From Paraphysomonas bandaiensis (lineage: Eukaryota; Protista; Chrysophyceae), in NCBI GenBank assembly GCA_965644295.1, contig CBFFRP010000185.1, positions 128,284 to 192,283 on the forward strand: a stretch of 64,000 nucleotides of DNA, in the 5' to 3' direction. The notes under the pieces are model-generated. The model saw nothing but the letters and a program-made list of their open reading frames with translations. It did not search any database and had not been told where the DNA came from. Every line of letters begins with the position of its first letter. The first letter of the stretch is position 1. Made by a program: the position numbers and the translations under genes. Positions 61,339-64,000 of the stretch are shown piece by piece.

Positions 61339-61580
61339 CGGGGCTACGTATCAATTAATTGCCGCAGATTGTAGTCAAATATAATTGCAATTATTTTTTG
61401 TTGTCTCAATTAATTGGTACTAAACTACGTACGTATATAGCTGCACATTAGCTGCCAACAATGCTTGCACAACTATCATTTCATACCACGGGCGACAATT
61501 CATGCAAAAAACACGAGTAGCTCAAAATGCCAAGAATCATACTCTTGCTCAAATATGTCATTACAATATGCTCGCTTCAA
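61339..61580 (-). mobile_element. Degenerate hAT family 1 end fragment
   Basis: gggctacgtatcaattaattg...gtagtcaa.tataattgcaatta is similar to 55104-55370. Confidence 0.7.
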
Positions 61581-61712
61581 TCAAAACGCAGTGTGAGTTG
61601 ACATCCTGAAATAGATTCTTTTCCATCCGGGTAAGTGAGGTTGTGTGGCCACTTGCATCACCACGCCTTGTTGGGAAATGCTCATTTTACTTAGATCAAA
61701 GAGAGATTAAGT

Positions 61713-64000
61713 TGTTAGACTAGATAGATTTATTAATATCGTTTACACGAATTGTGTTAAACAACACAAGCTCGTTTTGTGCCATGCATAAATCACTACT
61801 TCTGTAGACCTTTCGCTACTAAACATATCTTGAAAGAGCAAACTATTTCAGTTTTCTCAATATCATAACAGCATCTACACATCACCATACTTCACTGTAT
61901 TCTCGTACATTGTCTTCAAGTACCACATTGAATATACTAGGATACAGTCCATATTCTAATACTCCCACTCAATGTAGAATGCAGTGATACGAAACAACAA
62001 TGAGTACAGTGATCTTCATGCTATAAACTAGTCTCATAGGTAAAATAGATGTGAAATCTTATCAAGATACATATATAACTAGCAGTCAACTAGATATATA
62101 GTTATGTGGGATTCTCACCCACTAAAACACACCTTTAACCTCTTCGGGGTCGCTTCTTCTGCTGCTCCTCAACTCTGGTTGACACACTTCTCTTAACCCC
62201 GGTAATAGTTTTCTCATGACGACTGAAAAGTTTCGTTGACAATGCCTTCGTGAAAATATCAGCCGCCATATCATCCGTCGACACATGAATCAACTTTGCC
62301 GTAGGAAATTTTCCATTTACATGCTCTCTCACCCAGTGATACTTGATGTCTATATGCTTCGACCTCTTATGATACACAGGATTCTCGGAGAGATCTTTCG
62401 CACTCTTGCTATCCATAAAGAATGGAGTCGGCTTCGCAACTAAGAGCCCGAGCTCCTTGAACACCCCCCGAAGCCACACCAGTTCTTGCATAGCCGCATA
62501 CTCCGCCATATATTCAGATTCCATGCTCGAAGTTGCAACTGTGGTCTGTAGTTTAGACTGCCAGGCCAATGCGCCTGCACATAAGAACACAATGTATCCT
62601 GTTGTCGATCGCCGAGTCAGTCTATCACCAGCCCAATCTGAATCACTGAACACATGTAAGTCGAACTCACTCCCACTGAATCTGATGCCCTCATCAATTG
62701 TTCCACGCAAATATTTCAATAAGTGAATCGCCAGTTTGCACGATGCATATGTCGGACAACTACTAAATCGAGACAATAACCCCACTGCATAAGCCAGATC
62801 AGGTCTAGTATGCATTGCTAGATACAACACTGCTCCAATAATTTGCCGATACGGAAATGAGTCAACCCACTGCTTCTGCTCCTCCGTAAGTTCACGTTCC
62901 TCTGCCAACAGATCCTGAACATTAGTAGGTAGTGGGGCCTCCTTATTCTTACTACTCTTTCCCATAACTGAGCTGAATTTCTTGATAATATTCTTAGCAT
63001 ACTCAGATTGATCTAACATATACCAATTTTCTCCTCTGGTTATCCTGATGTTCAGAAATCGCTTACACACTCCCAGATCATGCATCTCGAATGTTTCACA
63101 GAACCTACGCTTTACGCTTTCCAAGTAAGTCAGATCAGCGGATGCAATTATGATATCATCAACATATATCAATAATAAATGCAGTTTTCCGTTACTCCAT
63201 CGCATATACAAACACGTATCCAAAATACACGGAGTAAAATGCAATGATTTAATAAACTTGTCAATATGTTTATTCCACTGTCGCGGTGAAGATCGCAGTC
63301 CATACAATGCCTTGATTAGTTGAAAACACCATCCAGCTAGTAATTCCTCATCTGGTGGAGGTGCCATATACACGTCATCCTCCAGATCTGCATAGCAAAA
63401 TGCGGATGATACATCTAATTGATGCACATGCATCTGTAACATAAACGCAATCGCTAACACTAGTCTAATGGTTATACCCTTAACCACTGGAGCGAAAGTG
63501 GACGGCTCCTCCTCCTTCTTCTCTTGGAGATTTCCTAATGCCACTAGCCGAGCCTTGTACTTTACTATATTCCCTAGTATGTCTCGCTTCACCGTATGCA
63601 CATATTTCGCTCTAACTAATTTCACTCCGCTTGGAATTTTCACGATCTTCAAGACACGTCTTTTCAGCAATGATGTCTTCTCCACCATTCGAGCTTTTCT
63701 CCATTGTTGATACTGTGGAGATCTCTCTGCCTCGGCATATGAATTTGGTATCTTGATATCTTCTGTCTCTGCATGGTTAAGATCAATATTATGCGCATCC
63801 GGTACTTCCACCATATTAATCTCTCCTAAAACTGACGCGTTTGCCAGTCTCCGCTGCAGCCGTTTGCGTCGGACCCGACCATCACCATCTAGTTCAATCG
63901 GTCGACGAGGTATATAAGAACCCGTACCTTGCTCATCCTGAGCACGCACATCGTGCGTTGTGGGAGGAGCCCCGCTCACAACCCCAGACTCATAGTCTTC
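61713..64000 (-). mobile_element. Ty1/Copia LTR retrotransposon, 3' part (runs off the window); probable 3' LTR 61713-61961
   Basis: Copia RT/RNase H ORF; PPT-like GAGTGGGAG before TATTAG; candidate LTR ends CTAACA after an AATAAA. LTR limits are unconfirmed without the 5' LTR. Confidence 0.85.
62135..63979 (-). CDS. pol: Copia Pol, RT and RNase H (partial)
   Basis: YKARLVA, QLDVSSAF, KALYGL, YVDD, SDSDWAG, RSKHIDIKYHWVRE, ADIFTKAL. Confidence 0.95.
   Translation of the reverse strand: MSGAPPTTHDVRAQDEQGTGSYIPRRPIELDGDGRVRRKRLQRRLANASVLGEINMVEVPDAHNIDLNHAETEDIKIPNSYAEAERSPQYQQWRKARMVEKTSLLKRRVLKIVKIPSGVKLVRAKYVHTVKRDILGNIVKYKARLVALGNLQEKKEEEPSTFAPVVKGITIRLVLAIAFMLQMHVHQLDVSSAFCYADLEDDVYMAPPPDEELLAGWCFQLIKALYGLRSSPRQWNKHIDKFIKSLHFTPCILDTCLYMRWSNGKLHLLLIYVDDIIIASADLTYLESVKRRFCETFEMHDLGVCKRFLNIRITRGENWYMLDQSEYAKNIIKKFSSVMGKSSKNKEAPLPTNVQDLLAEERELTEEQKQWVDSFPYRQIIGAVLYLAMHTRPDLAYAVGLLSRFSSCPTYASCKLAIHLLKYLRGTIDEGIRFSGSEFDLHVFSDSDWAGDRLTRRSTTGYIVFLCAGALAWQSKLQTTVATSSMESEYMAEYAAMQELVWLRGVFKELGLLVAKPTPFFMDSKSAKDLSENPVYHKRSKHIDIKYHWVREHVNGKFPTAKLIHVSTDDMAADIFTKALSTKLFSRHEKTITGVKRSVSTRVEEQQKKRPRRG

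Overview
This is eukaryotic nuclear DNA, inferred to be from a stramenopile-like protist (short ~55-80 bp GT-AG introns, a few TTAGGG-type units). About 12 host genes sit mostly in head-to-head pairs: an AP2-like protein, a GCP6-like gamma-tubulin complex subunit, a nucleotide-diphospho-sugar transferase, a SERF/ZNF706-like protein, an MLO-like EF-hand protein, a C2CD3-like protein, DDRGK1-like, MDP-1 and others. The intervals downstream of gene 3' ends hold many transposons. These are a young, intact Ty3/Gypsy element (1665-9375) nested in an APE-RT-RNase H LINE, further copies of two LINE subfamilies, a partner SINE family, two hAT families with MITEs, and the 3' half of a Ty1/Copia element. 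The best candidate for an undescribed system is the LINE/SINE 3' module. It pairs a C-terminal PKGRPPD peptide, conserved at protein level and a possible ribosome-arrest signal, with a covarying GNRA-capped RNA structure found in 9 copies across two LINE subfamilies and the SINE; target-site duplications range from 12 to 225 bp. Also notable: the Gypsy element has an IFDN (not YxDD) RT motif, no tRNA primer site, a TGA-CAA gag/pol junction and a CCCH-type finger. The GCP6-like protein carries 17 SPIRAL1/Jupiter-like PGG repeats. All protein family calls come from motif recognition by eye, not database searches.
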